This document shows, in pieces, positions 1 to 8,565 of a stretch of DNA of 64,000 nt (position 1 is its first letter; each line of letters begins with the position of its first letter). The stretch is from the NCBI GenBank assembly GCA_934754445.1, contig CAKVHZ010000001.1, forward strand, positions 8,469 through 72,468, in the 5' to 3' direction. The position numbers and the translations under genes are program-made. Source of the DNA: an uncultured Clostridia bacterium. GTDB lineage: Bacteria > Bacillota > Clostridia > Christensenellales > UBA1242. The notes below the pieces were generated by a model. It saw only the letters and a program-made list of their open reading frames with translations. It was not told where the DNA came from and searched no databases.

Positions 1-1
1 C

Positions 2-976
2 GTTTCAGTTGCTCTAAATATGTGTGCTGCTGCATTAGGAACGGATACTGGTGGTTCGGTTCGTCAACCAAGTTCTTTAAACGGAACTGTAGGAGTTAAA
101 CCTACTTATGGTCGTATTTCTAGATATGGTATTGTTGCATTTGCTTCTAGTTTAGAGCAAGTTGGCCCTATAACTAAAAATGTAGAAGATAATGCATATT
201 TACTTGAAATTTTATCGGGTGAAGATATAAACGATCAAACTTCTTTAAGAGTGCCTGTAGATAACTTTAAAGATAATATAAAAGGCGATATAAAAGGCTT
301 AAAAATTGGTGTTTGTCGTCAGTTAATAGATAAATTTAAAGTAAGTAAGTATTATGGTAATTTTGAAAAAGCAGTAGAATTTTTTAAATTAAATGGTGCT
401 GAAATTATTGACATTGATATTCCTAAAATAGAATTAGCATTACCTGTTTATTATATTCTTGCAACAGCGGAAGCGACTTCAAATTTAGGTAGATTTGATG
501 GTGTAAAATATACAACTAGAGCAGAAAATGTTTCTAATATAAATAAACTTTATGTTGAAAGTCGAACTCAAGGTTTTGGAGATGAAGTAAAGAGACGTAT
601 CATGCTTGGGAACTATGTATTAAGTAGTGGCTACTTTGATGCATATTATAATAAAGCAAAAAAAGTTCAACAATATTTAGTAAAGGCATTTAATGAAACT
701 TTTAGTAAATGTGATGCATTAATTATGCCTGTTACTTATGGCGAGGCTTTTAAAATTGGAGAAAAAACTAAAGACCCAGTAAGTATGTATTTAGAAGATA
801 TGTTTACAGTTATTGCAAATATAGCAAGTATTCCTGCAATAAGTGTTCCATATAGTAAAGGAGAAAACGGATTACCTTTAGGACTACAAATTTTAACTAA
901 ACAATTAGACGAAAACACTATGTATACGGTTGCAAACTATGTAGAAAAAAACTATAAGGAGAACAGCAATGAGTAA
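2..976 (+). CDS. gatA: Glutamyl-tRNA(Gln) amidotransferase subunit A, 5' end truncated by window edge
   Basis: Amidase-signature stretch GTDTGGSVRQPSS. The frame is open from base 2. The stop overlaps the gatB start by 8 nt (ATGAGTAA). Confidence 0.9.
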   Translation, partial: VSVALNMCAAALGTDTGGSVRQPSSLNGTVGVKPTYGRISRYGIVAFASSLEQVGPITKNVEDNAYLLEILSGEDINDQTSLRVPVDNFKDNIKGDIKGLKIGVCRQLIDKFKVSKYYGNFEKAVEFFKLNGAEIIDIDIPKIELALPVYYILATAEATSNLGRFDGVKYTTRAENVSNINKLYVESRTQGFGDEVKRRIMLGNYVLSSGYFDAYYNKAKKVQQYLVKAFNETFSKCDALIMPVTYGEAFKIGEKTKDPVSMYLEDMFTVIANIASIPAISVPYSKGENGLPLGLQILTKQLDENTMYTVANYVEKNYKENSNE

Positions 977-2378
977 AAATGATTATGAAGTTGTAATCGG
1001 TCTTGAAATTCACGCCGAACTTAACACAAAAACTAAAATTTTCTGTGCGTGCCAAAATAAATTTGGACAAGCACCTAACACAAATTGTTGTTCGGTTTGC
1101 ACTGGTATGCCAGGTGCTTTACCAATTTTAAATAAAGAAGCAGTTAATTTAACAATAAAAGCAGGTCTTTCTTGTGATTGCGAAATTAATGATTATGCTG
1201 TTTTTGAAAGAAAAAATTATTTTTATCCCGATTTAAGCAAGGCTTATCAAATAAGTCAGTTAGTTAAACCTATTTGCGTTGGTGGACATATTACATTATC
1301 TAGTGGTAAAGTTATTAGGTTAAATCGTATCCATTTAGAAGAAGATGCTGGAAAATTAATTCATGGCTTAAACGAAACTTATATAGATTATAACCGTGGT
1401 GGTGTTCCTTTAATAGAAAGTGTTACAGAGCCAGATATATCATCAAGCGATGAAGCGATAGAGTTTTTGACTAAGTTAAGAAATCGTTTTATTTTTAGTA
1501 ATGTTGCTAATTGTAAAATGGAACAAGGCGGAATGCGTTGTGATGTGAACTTGTCGGTTCGAAAAAAGGGTAATACTGAGTATGGAACAAGAACTGAGAT
1601 GAAAAACCTAAACTCTTTTAAATCGGTTGCAAGAGCAATTGAATATGAAGCAAATAGACAAATAGAGCTAATTGAAAAGGGCGAGAAAATTGTTCAAGAA
1701 ACACGAAAATGGGACGATGAAAAGGGTAAAAGTTTTTCTATGCGTTCTAAAGAAGATTCTCAAGATTATCGTTATTTTCCAGACCCTGATTTGTTAACCG
1801 TTAAAATAAAAAGAGAAAATGTTGAAAAATTAAGAAGTGAACTTCCACTTTCTCAAGAAAAACGAATAGAAAAATATACACAACAATTTGGTTTGCCTAC
1901 TAAAGACACCGAAGTTTTGGTTAGTTCTAAAGTAATATCTGACTATTTTGATGATTGTGTAAAAATTTTAAATGAACCTAAAGAAATTTCAAATTGGATT
2001 TTAACGGAAATTTTAAAACTAGAGTTTACCGATAATATTCCTGTAACAAGTGAAAACTTAACTAATATTATTAAACTCGTTTTAGATAAGAAAATATCTC
2101 GAAGTAATGCTAAAATTTTACTTGAAAAAGTTGTAGAAACAAAAAAGGATGCTTTAGTTTTAGCAAAAGAAATGGATATGCTAAGTACAATAAGCCAAGG
2201 AAGTATTGAAAGTATTATTGATAAATTAATTTTGGATAATCCAAAAGCCGTTCAAGATTATGAAAAAACACCAGATAAAGTTATACAATTTTTTATAGGA
2301 AACACTATGAAAGAAACAAAAGGTAAAGCCGATGTTAAATTTGCTAGAGAATATATAATTTCTAAATTAAATAAATAA
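969..2378 (+). CDS. gatB: Aspartyl/glutamyl-tRNA amidotransferase subunit B
   Basis: N-terminus YEVVIGLEIHAELNTKTKIFC and FYPDLSKAYQISQ / HLEEDAGK motifs are typical of GatB. It is coupled to gatA. Confidence 0.95.
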   Translation: MSKNDYEVVIGLEIHAELNTKTKIFCACQNKFGQAPNTNCCSVCTGMPGALPILNKEAVNLTIKAGLSCDCEINDYAVFERKNYFYPDLSKAYQISQLVKPICVGGHITLSSGKVIRLNRIHLEEDAGKLIHGLNETYIDYNRGGVPLIESVTEPDISSSDEAIEFLTKLRNRFIFSNVANCKMEQGGMRCDVNLSVRKKGNTEYGTRTEMKNLNSFKSVARAIEYEANRQIELIEKGEKIVQETRKWDDEKGKSFSMRSKEDSQDYRYFPDPDLLTVKIKRENVEKLRSELPLSQEKRIEKYTQQFGLPTKDTEVLVSSKVISDYFDDCVKILNEPKEISNWILTEILKLEFTDNIPVTSENLTNIIKLVLDKKISRSNAKILLEKVVETKKDALVLAKEMDMLSTISQGSIESIIDKLILDNPKAVQDYEKTPDKVIQFFIGNTMKETKGKADVKFAREYIISKLNK

Positions 2379-2383
2379 AAATT

Positions 2384-2410
2384 TCGACCGATTAATTGGT
2401 CGATTTTTTT
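2384..2410 (+). terminator. Rho-independent terminator after gatB
   Basis: TCGACC-gattaatt-GGTCGA stem followed by T7. Confidence 0.8.
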
Positions 2411-2493
2411 GTTTGCTTTTTATTAAAGTCTTTTAATAATTTTACATTTTTTATTTAGTGTGGTAACATTGTTATAGTTTATAGGGAGAGATT

Positions 2494-3297
2494 ATGAAAA
2501 ATAAAAGTTTAATATTAACGAGAATTTTGTTAGTCGTTTTAATTGTTCCTGCAATTTTTATGCTATATGCTTGCGGAGAACATAAACATAGTTTTGATGA
2601 GACTTGGCAAACTAGTGAAACTGAACACTGGCACGAATGTGTTTTTAAAAATTGTAAAGAAACAAAAGATAGAGAATTACATACTTGGAATGACGGAGAA
2701 ATAACAGTTACTCCAACAGAAACAGCCGATGGAGTTAAAAAATATACTTGCACTGTATGTAATAGAACAAAAATCCAAACTGTTGAATATGTTGCACCTA
2801 TGCTTTCACAAGAAGAATGGGATAGTGCGATGGATTTAACTGATGTTAGTTTTACTAGAACAGTAGTTAGAAATTATAGTGGTAGTGAAAGTAATGAAAC
2901 AACCGAAGTTAGTGGTAAGTTAATACACTTTACTGATTCTTATGGTAGTAATTGTTATTATGAAAAAGACGGCGATTTTTATTATATTTATAAAAAAGAT
3001 AGTTCTAATAATTGGGTAAAAGAAGATACTGAAAAAAAGAATTATGATTACATCAGATTTTGCCTTTCTGTTTTTGCTGGTAAAAGAGATAATTTTCAAT
3101 ATGATACTACAGAAAAAGTTTATTATTGCCAAGAAATTAAAGTAAAAACTGCTGCTGGTCCTACTGAAATTTACTCAAACCCTAAGTTTAAATTTGAAAA
3201 TGGTAAACTTGTAAGTATTACAACAAGTTCAAGTAGTGGAACTATGAATATGACATTTGATTATAAAGATGTAACTGTAACACTTCCAAACACTTAA
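2494..3297 (+). CDS. Hypothetical lipoprotein with Cys/His/Trp-rich N-terminal motif
   Basis: GGGAGAG Shine-Dalgarno (SD) sequence. Signal peptide ends in lipobox-like LYAC. No family recognised. Confidence 0.7.
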   Translation: MKNKSLILTRILLVVLIVPAIFMLYACGEHKHSFDETWQTSETEHWHECVFKNCKETKDRELHTWNDGEITVTPTETADGVKKYTCTVCNRTKIQTVEYVAPMLSQEEWDSAMDLTDVSFTRTVVRNYSGSESNETTEVSGKLIHFTDSYGSNCYYEKDGDFYYIYKKDSSNNWVKEDTEKKNYDYIRFCLSVFAGKRDNFQYDTTEKVYYCQEIKVKTAAGPTEIYSNPKFKFENGKLVSITTSSSSGTMNMTFDYKDVTVTLPNT

Positions 3298-3440
3298 AAA
3301 AATATTTTATAAATCACAAAAATGTTAATTTTAAAACAGTTAATATGTTAAAGGGGTTATACTTAACAGTAAAAACTCCTTTTTATATATTAATTAAATT
3401 TTTTTACAAATGTAAATGAAATACTTAAAATTTAATATTC

Positions 3441-3469
3441 TTGACAAAAATTTTGTTAATGTATATAAT
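3441..3469 (+). promoter_or_regulatory. Sigma-A-type promoter TTGACA-17-TATAAT
   Basis: Exact TTGACA (3441-3446) and TATAAT (3464-3469) with a 17-nt spacer. This argues that the ATG at 3472 is too close and that 3487 (GGAG + 7 nt) is the real start. Confidence 0.6.
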
Positions 3470-3486
3470 ATATGTTGGAGAAACTT

Positions 3487-4017
3487 ATGAAGTTTATTAA
3501 AAAAAAGCAAGAAGATTATTTTTTTAACCTTATTGCTAAGAAGGGACTAAAAAAGAAAAAATCGAAAGAATTTGATAATGATTTTTATAATAAATTAAAT
3601 AACTATTATGATGATAGAACTTTTGGCGAGATTTTAAAAAATGAAGATACTAATGGTTGTTGTTATTTTTATTCTTTAATGCTTGCAAAAAATATGGTAG
3701 GTTCTACTTTGTGTGTAGGGAATTTAAACAGACTAAATAGTGTTTATAATTATAGTTATATAGATACTTTTGGTCATGGCTGGGTAGAAAAAGACAACCT
3801 TGTTTATGATACAACTTCTAAGCAAATTTTTGATAAAGATTATTATTATCATAACTATAATGCCGAAGTTAAAGAAAAAATTAGTAGTGAAGAACTTAAA
3901 AATTTCGATATTTTTAAATCATTGCTTAAAAAATCGGTTGAAAATCGTAGTAAATTAGATAAACTTTCAAAAATTGTTTTAGATATAGAAAGTTTAATAG
4001 AAGAACAAGAAAAGTAA
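3487..4017 (+). CDS. Hypothetical protein, possible transglutaminase-like Cys peptidase fold
   Basis: Ordered Cys...His...Asp pattern (NGCCYFYS ... GHGWVEKDNLVYDTT) resembles transglutaminase-like cores. Start chosen at the second in-frame ATG, which has an SD. Confidence 0.4.
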   Translation: MKFIKKKQEDYFFNLIAKKGLKKKKSKEFDNDFYNKLNNYYDDRTFGEILKNEDTNGCCYFYSLMLAKNMVGSTLCVGNLNRLNSVYNYSYIDTFGHGWVEKDNLVYDTTSKQIFDKDYYYHNYNAEVKEKISSEELKNFDIFKSLLKKSVENRSKLDKLSKIVLDIESLIEEQEK

Positions 4018-4096
4018 TTTTAACATTTTTATTTATTTTTTAATAAGATAAAATGTTAAGCATTTAACTAAAATTTATTTTACAAGGAATACATAA

Positions 4097-5206
4097 ATGA
4101 ATATTTTTGAAATATGCTCTAAATTTAAAATTAAAGCAGTTGCAACAAAAGTTATAAAAAAAGGTATAATTAATAATTCTTGGGAAGTTACCGATTATAA
4201 CGGAGAAGAATATATTGTTCAAGAAATAAATTCAAATATTTTTAAAGATATAGATAGTTTAATGAATAATATAGTTAGAGTTACTAATCACATTAAACAA
4301 AAGTTAGTTGAGTGTGATGGCGATACAAGTAGAGAAGTGTTAAACATTATACCTTATGAAAATAAAAATTATTTTTCTTGTGAAGACGAAAACAAAAAAG
4401 TGCATTATTATAGAGCTTATAAATTTATAAAAAATGCAAGTACTTATGATGAAGCCGATGAGATATTACTTTATCAAGCGGGAATAGGCTTTGGGAAATT
4501 TCAAAGTTATCTTGCCGATTTTGAAGCGGATTCTTTATATGAAAGCATACCAAATTTCCATAATACACTAAAGCGTTTTCAAGATTTTGAACAAGTGTTA
4601 GATAATATAAATTTTGAAACCTATGAAAAAACTCACAAAGAAATAAGAGAGATATTAAAGTGTTATAAATATGCTGATATAATTATGAAACCACTACATA
4701 GTGGAGCAATACCTAAAAGAGTTGTTCATAATGATACAAAACTAAACAATGTAATGCTAGATGACAACACTCATGAGGCAGTTTGTGTTATAGACTTAGA
4801 CACGATTATGCCGGGTAGTTTATTATTCGACTACGGTGATGCTATTAGATATTGTGCGAACAAAGGTAGTGAAGATGATGTAAATTTAGATAATGTTAAA
4901 TTTGATTTTAACAAATTTGTTGCTTTTACCTATGGATTTATGGAAGAAACTTATCAAAGTTTAACTCCTAATGAATTAAAATTAATGTGCAAAGCGCCAT
5001 TAGTTTTAACCTATGAATTAGCCTTAAGATTTTTAACCGATTATTTAAATGGGAATACATATTTTAAATGTGACCCAACAAGAAAAGACCATAATTTAGA
5101 ACGTACTAGAGCACAGTTAAAACTCTTAAAAGAATTTGAACAAAATGAAGAAAAAATGAGAAATGCAATTTATAATATTTATTATAAATGTTTAAATAAC
5201 AAATAA
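4097..5206 (+). CDS. nahK: N-acetylhexosamine 1-kinase-like (APH-fold) kinase
   Basis: VVHNDTKLNNVMLD catalytic loop, IDLDTIMPGSLLFDYGD, and C-terminal HNLERTRAQLKLL match my recollection of Bifidobacterium NahK/LnpB along the whole length. Confidence 0.75.
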   Translation: MNIFEICSKFKIKAVATKVIKKGIINNSWEVTDYNGEEYIVQEINSNIFKDIDSLMNNIVRVTNHIKQKLVECDGDTSREVLNIIPYENKNYFSCEDENKKVHYYRAYKFIKNASTYDEADEILLYQAGIGFGKFQSYLADFEADSLYESIPNFHNTLKRFQDFEQVLDNINFETYEKTHKEIREILKCYKYADIIMKPLHSGAIPKRVVHNDTKLNNVMLDDNTHEAVCVIDLDTIMPGSLLFDYGDAIRYCANKGSEDDVNLDNVKFDFNKFVAFTYGFMEETYQSLTPNELKLMCKAPLVLTYELALRFLTDYLNGNTYFKCDPTRKDHNLERTRAQLKLLKEFEQNEEKMRNAIYNIYYKCLNNK

Positions 5207-5217
5207 AGGATAAAAAA

Positions 5218-5244
5218 AAGGAAGTATTAAATACTTCCTTTTTT
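5218..5244. terminator. Bidirectional terminator between nahK-like gene and tRNA-His
   Basis: AAGGAAGTAT/ATACTTCCTT stem flanked by an A-run and a T-run. Confidence 0.75.
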
Positions 5245-5245
5245 A

Positions 5246-5323
5246 TGGGGTGAAAGATGGGACTCGAACCCACGATCTCCAGAGCCACAATCTGGCGCGT
5301 TAACCAACTACGCTACATCCACC
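5246..5323 (-). tRNA. tRNA-His (anticodon GTG)
   Basis: Hand-folded cloverleaf. Anticodon arm is CCAGA-TTGTGGC-TCTGG. The extra 5' G(-1) opposite C73 is diagnostic of tRNA-His. T-loop is TTCGAGT and CCA is encoded. There is one U6-U67 mismatch in the acceptor stem. Confidence 0.9.
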
Positions 5324-5362
5324 ACAACATACGCTATATATTAGCATATGTGTTAAAAATTG

Positions 5363-6673
5363 TCAACTATTTTTTAAAATATTTATAAGCTCGTCTCCAC
5401 TTAAACTCTTTTGTTCAAAAGCATTTAAGTCTTTTAAAGTATAATAATTATTGTTAATTTCGTCTTCTCCAATTATTATTACATAATCGGCATTAAGTTT
5501 TGTAGCATATAAAATTTTATTCTTGAATTTTGTATCTTCAAAATAAATTGTATTATTAATATTATTATCTCTTAATCTATTACTTAAGTTGATACAAGCA
5601 TCTATTGTGTTTCCCATAGGAAGAATTACAACTTTAGCAATACAACCTTTTTCTTGTTTTAATAAATTATTTTCTTTTAGTTGATAGAATAATCTTGTAA
5701 GTCCAATACTCATACCAACACCAGGTAATTTTTCTTTAGAATAAAATCCTGCTAAATTATCATATCTTCCACCACTACAAATACTTCCTAAGTTCTCATA
5801 ACCAGTTATAAATGTTTCATAAACCGTTCCAGTATAATAATCTAGCCCCCTTGCTATTGAAAGATTAATATTAAAATAATCTTCATCAATATTAAAATTG
5901 CGCATATATTTAACAACTGTTTCTAACTCGTTTATTCCATCTATAAAGTTTTGATTATTAATGTTCATTTCTTTAAGCATTCTTATTTGTTCTTCTGTAT
6001 TGCCTTGAATTTTGATGAATTCTAATAATTTATTTATTTTTAAATCGTCTACATTGTAATCAACCTTTAAAGTTTTAACAAAATTGTCTTCACCAATTTT
6101 TGCAAATTTATCTATTAATCTTAAAATATCAATAGAAATTTCTGTTAAATTAAGTTCTTCAATTAAACCTAGCAAAATTTTACGGTTACTTACAAAAATT
6201 TTGAATTTGCCTATGTCTAATTCTTTAAATATTCTATACATTATGCTAGGGATTTCAGCATCGTAACATAAACTTAAAGAGTTTTTGCCGATAACATCAA
6301 TATCGCATTGATAAAACTCTCTAAATCTTCCTTTTTGTGGTTTTTCTCCACGATATACTTTGCCGATTTGATATCTAGCGAAAGGGAAGTTTAAATTTGC
6401 GAAATTTTCTGCAACATATTTTGCTAGGGGAACAGTTAGGTCAAAACGCATACATAAATTGTTATCACCTTTTTTAAAACTGTAAATTTGTTTTTCTGTT
6501 TCTCCACCGGCTTTAGCAAGTAAAACTTCACTACTTTCTAAAACGGGAGTATCTATAGGTAAAAAGCCGAAACTTTCATAATTTTTCTTTATTAAATCTT
6601 TTATTTTGTTAAATAATATTTGGTCTTCAGGAAGCAACTCCATAAAACCGGGCAATGTTTTTGGTTCTATCAT
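5363..6673 (-). CDS. hisS: Histidine--tRNA ligase
   Basis: Class II motifs (FRYEKPQKGRFREFYQ-like GKVYRGEKPQKGRFREFYQCD; GGRYD) plus a C-terminal anticodon-binding domain. AGGAG SD. Confidence 0.95.
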   Translation of the reverse strand: MIEPKTLPGFMELLPEDQILFNKIKDLIKKNYESFGFLPIDTPVLESSEVLLAKAGGETEKQIYSFKKGDNNLCMRFDLTVPLAKYVAENFANLNFPFARYQIGKVYRGEKPQKGRFREFYQCDIDVIGKNSLSLCYDAEIPSIMYRIFKELDIGKFKIFVSNRKILLGLIEELNLTEISIDILRLIDKFAKIGEDNFVKTLKVDYNVDDLKINKLLEFIKIQGNTEEQIRMLKEMNINNQNFIDGINELETVVKYMRNFNIDEDYFNINLSIARGLDYYTGTVYETFITGYENLGSICSGGRYDNLAGFYSKEKLPGVGMSIGLTRLFYQLKENNLLKQEKGCIAKVVILPMGNTIDACINLSNRLRDNNINNTIYFEDTKFKNKILYATKLNADYVIIIGEDEINNNYYTLKDLNAFEQKSLSGDELINILKNS

Positions 6674-6692
6674 AATATTTCTCCTAATTAAT

Positions 6693-6720
6693 TTTATAAA
6701 ATTTATTTTTATTTTGTCAA
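6693..6720 (-). promoter_or_regulatory. Proximal hisS promoter candidate TTGACA-16-TATAAA
   Basis: TTGACA at 6720-6715 and TATAAA at 6698-6693 on the minus strand, about 20 nt upstream of the hisS SD/ATG. Confidence 0.45.
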
Positions 6721-6740
6721 TTATATTTTTTAATTATGTT

Positions 6741-6775
6741 AATAAAAAATCACACTTTGTGTTACAAGTGTGATT
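6741..6775 (-). terminator. Intrinsic terminator inside the hisS upstream region
   Basis: Minus strand: AATCACACTT-gtaacaca-AAGTGTGATT followed by TTTTTATT. No upstream minus-strand gene exists for it to terminate. Confidence 0.7.
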
Positions 6776-6832
6776 TACTAAAAACAATTCAACTCGCAAC
6801 ACAGCAAACAAGTGTTGCTTTCACAACACAAA

Positions 6833-6868
6833 TTAGCTATGATGATGAATTGAAATAAATTTAATCAT
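6833..6868 (-). CDS. 11-codon mini-ORF MIKFISIHHHS (candidate His leader peptide)
   Basis: ATG ATT AAA TTT ATT TCA ATT CAT CAT CAT AGC TAA. It begins 6 nt after a -10 box and has no SD (leaderless geometry). Confidence 0.3.
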   Translation of the reverse strand: MIKFISIHHHS

Positions 6869-6874
6869 ATTATT

Positions 6875-6903
6875 AATATATCTTTTTATTTTTTATTTGT
6901 CAA
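6875..6903 (-). promoter_or_regulatory. Promoter TTGACA-17-TATATT driving the mini-ORF/leader
   Basis: TTGACA 6903-6898 and TATATT 6880-6875 on the minus strand. Confidence 0.5.
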
Positions 6904-6951
6904 GAAAATTCTGAAAAGTTTTTAATTTTAATTTTTAATTTGCTTTAAAAA

Positions 6952-6960
6952 TGATATAAT
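6952..6960 (+). promoter_or_regulatory. Extended -10 (TGaTATAAT) for the lipoprotein gene at 6982
   Basis: TG at 6952-6953 and TATAAT at 6955-6960. The -35 is weak. Confidence 0.4.
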
Positions 6961-6981
6961 AAAAATAAAAAAGGAGAAAAT

Positions 6982-7635
6982 ATGAAAAATATATTAAAAA
7001 AATCTTTGCTAACAATAATTGGTTGTTTTGTTGTAGTTTTCACAATTTTTCTATCTGCTTGTGGAGATAAACCTTTAGTTAAACCTTGGGGCAAAACTTT
7101 AGGTTATTCGGGTATGACAACTATAGATAATATGATTTATACTATTGATGGTAAGAATTTAAAATTATCAAAAATATTAACAGACTATTTTGATAAAATA
7201 GATTGGAAAAGTTCAATTAATATGACTAAAACCGAAGTTGGCGATGGAGCTAACGCATTAAAACTTGTAAAACAAAAATTAATGGATAACTTTGATGAAA
7301 CAGAGTTGCAAAACACTAAATTTATATTCAGCGAAGAAAAAGATAAAAAAGTTACAATTAACTCAAAAGAATATGATGTAGAAGTAAAAGGCGAAGGTCG
7401 AAATTTGCAGTATAATATTATTTTTGCAAATGAAGAAAATAATATAGATACTGCTACAATGAATTTATACGATTCTAATGGTGATTATTTTGTATATGTT
7501 TATGGTGGTTCAGTTATTCAAAATGGTAGTAGTTTTTTAAATATTACTTTTAATGATGATGTTTTGGTGGGAGCAACTGGATTTGCTACTAAAGGTGGAA
7601 GTATATCTCTTTGCATGATGGCATTATTTAAGTAA
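6982..7635 (+). CDS. Hypothetical lipoprotein
   Basis: AAGGAGA SD. Signal peptide with canonical lipobox LSAC. Confidence 0.7.
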   Translation: MKNILKKSLLTIIGCFVVVFTIFLSACGDKPLVKPWGKTLGYSGMTTIDNMIYTIDGKNLKLSKILTDYFDKIDWKSSINMTKTEVGDGANALKLVKQKLMDNFDETELQNTKFIFSEEKDKKVTINSKEYDVEVKGEGRNLQYNIIFANEENNIDTATMNLYDSNGDYFVYVYGGSVIQNGSSFLNITFNDDVLVGATGFATKGGSISLCMMALFK

Positions 7636-7643
7636 TTTAATTA

Positions 7644-7676
7644 AAAGAGTGTTCTTTGGTTGGCACTCTTTTTTAT
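7644..7676 (+). terminator. Rho-independent terminator
   Basis: AAAGAGTG...CACTCTTT stem followed by a T-run. Confidence 0.7.
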
Positions 7677-7826
7677 TATAAAATAACAAAATTATTGTTT
7701 ATTTTATGAGTTTTTTAAGACTTTTTATATTTTATTGACATATTTTCTTATTTTGTGTATTATTAAATAAATAAGAAGATTTTATTGATTTATATTTAAT
7801 AAGATGCTTAATTAAAAGGAGAATTT

Positions 7827-8474
7827 ATGAGAAGAAAATTAGCTTTTTCAGGATTTATAACTGCAACATGTATAACTGCTCTTTTATCTTTCGTTATGTT
7901 TATTGCTTTAATTTATTTAATTAATATTTTAAGTATAATCGTTAATGAAGCAGAAAGAACTGCTGGTATGCTAGCAACGATAATAATGGCGATTACTGTT
8001 TTGTTTTCTATAGCATGTTTAATATTAAACTCATGTAGTATCTCATCAACTACTACAGCTCAAAAAATGAACAAAAGAAAAGGTTTAGTAATAACAAGTA
8101 TAGTATTTAATTTTATTATAATATTCTTTCTACTAGCAGTTTCTGTAGAAAATGGTGCGACAGCAGTATTTTATATTATTTGTATGCTTGGATTAATTGC
8201 TAGTAATGTTTTAATATTAATAGATGTAGCTCGTTTATCAAAAGCTGTAAATGCAGAATTATTTGCAGAAAATAATATTGTAACTGAAGAAAAAATTGAA
8301 AACCCTATAGAAGAAATTAAAACAGAAGAAAATTCACAACCTAAAAATGAAGAAATGGACGACTTAGAATCAGAATTAAATAAATTAATGCTAATGAAAG
8401 AAAAAAATTTGATTACTGAAGAAGAATTTGATCTATTAAAAAAACGAGCTATTGATAAAAAATTATCTAAATAA
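7827..8474 (+). CDS. Multi-pass membrane protein with C-terminal SHOCT-like motif
   Basis: Four hydrophobic segments, an acidic linker, then LNKLMLMKEKNLITEEEFDLLKKRAI, which resembles the SHOCT short C-terminal domain. Confidence 0.6.
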   Translation: MRRKLAFSGFITATCITALLSFVMFIALIYLINILSIIVNEAERTAGMLATIIMAITVLFSIACLILNSCSISSTTTAQKMNKRKGLVITSIVFNFIIIFFLLAVSVENGATAVFYIICMLGLIASNVLILIDVARLSKAVNAELFAENNIVTEEKIENPIEEIKTEENSQPKNEEMDDLESELNKLMLMKEKNLITEEEFDLLKKRAIDKKLSK

Positions 8475-8487
8475 TATAAAAAAACAA

Positions 8488-8521
8488 AAAAGAGATTAAA
8501 TTAAACTTAATCTCTTTTTTT
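8488..8521. terminator. Terminator between convergent genes
   Basis: AAAAGAGATTAA/TTAATCTCTTTT 12-bp stem followed by a T-run. Confidence 0.75.
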
Positions 8522-8565
8522 ATTCCGCAACCTTTACTAGTATTTTTATTTAACACTTTTAATTT

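Noticed and set aside
2472-2753. Antisense ORFs opposite well-supported genes (2472-2753, 10716-10934, 22405-22734, 26580-26798, 20910-21245 and others).
   Set aside because: Each lies opposite a gene with a strong SD and recognisable domains. None has translation signals of its own.
5106-5288. 60-aa minus-strand ORF overlapping the nahK-like 3' end, the terminator and tRNA-His.
   Set aside because: It is fully explained by the tRNA gene and the terminator hairpin, and is an artefact of ORF calling.
6674-6906. T-box riboswitch upstream of hisS.
   Set aside because: This is the expected mechanism for a Firmicute aaRS gene. However, I could not find the conserved T-box sequence (GGGTGGNACCGCG-type) or its complement on either strand, nor a recognisable specifier-loop context. 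A covariance-model scan is still needed for certainty.
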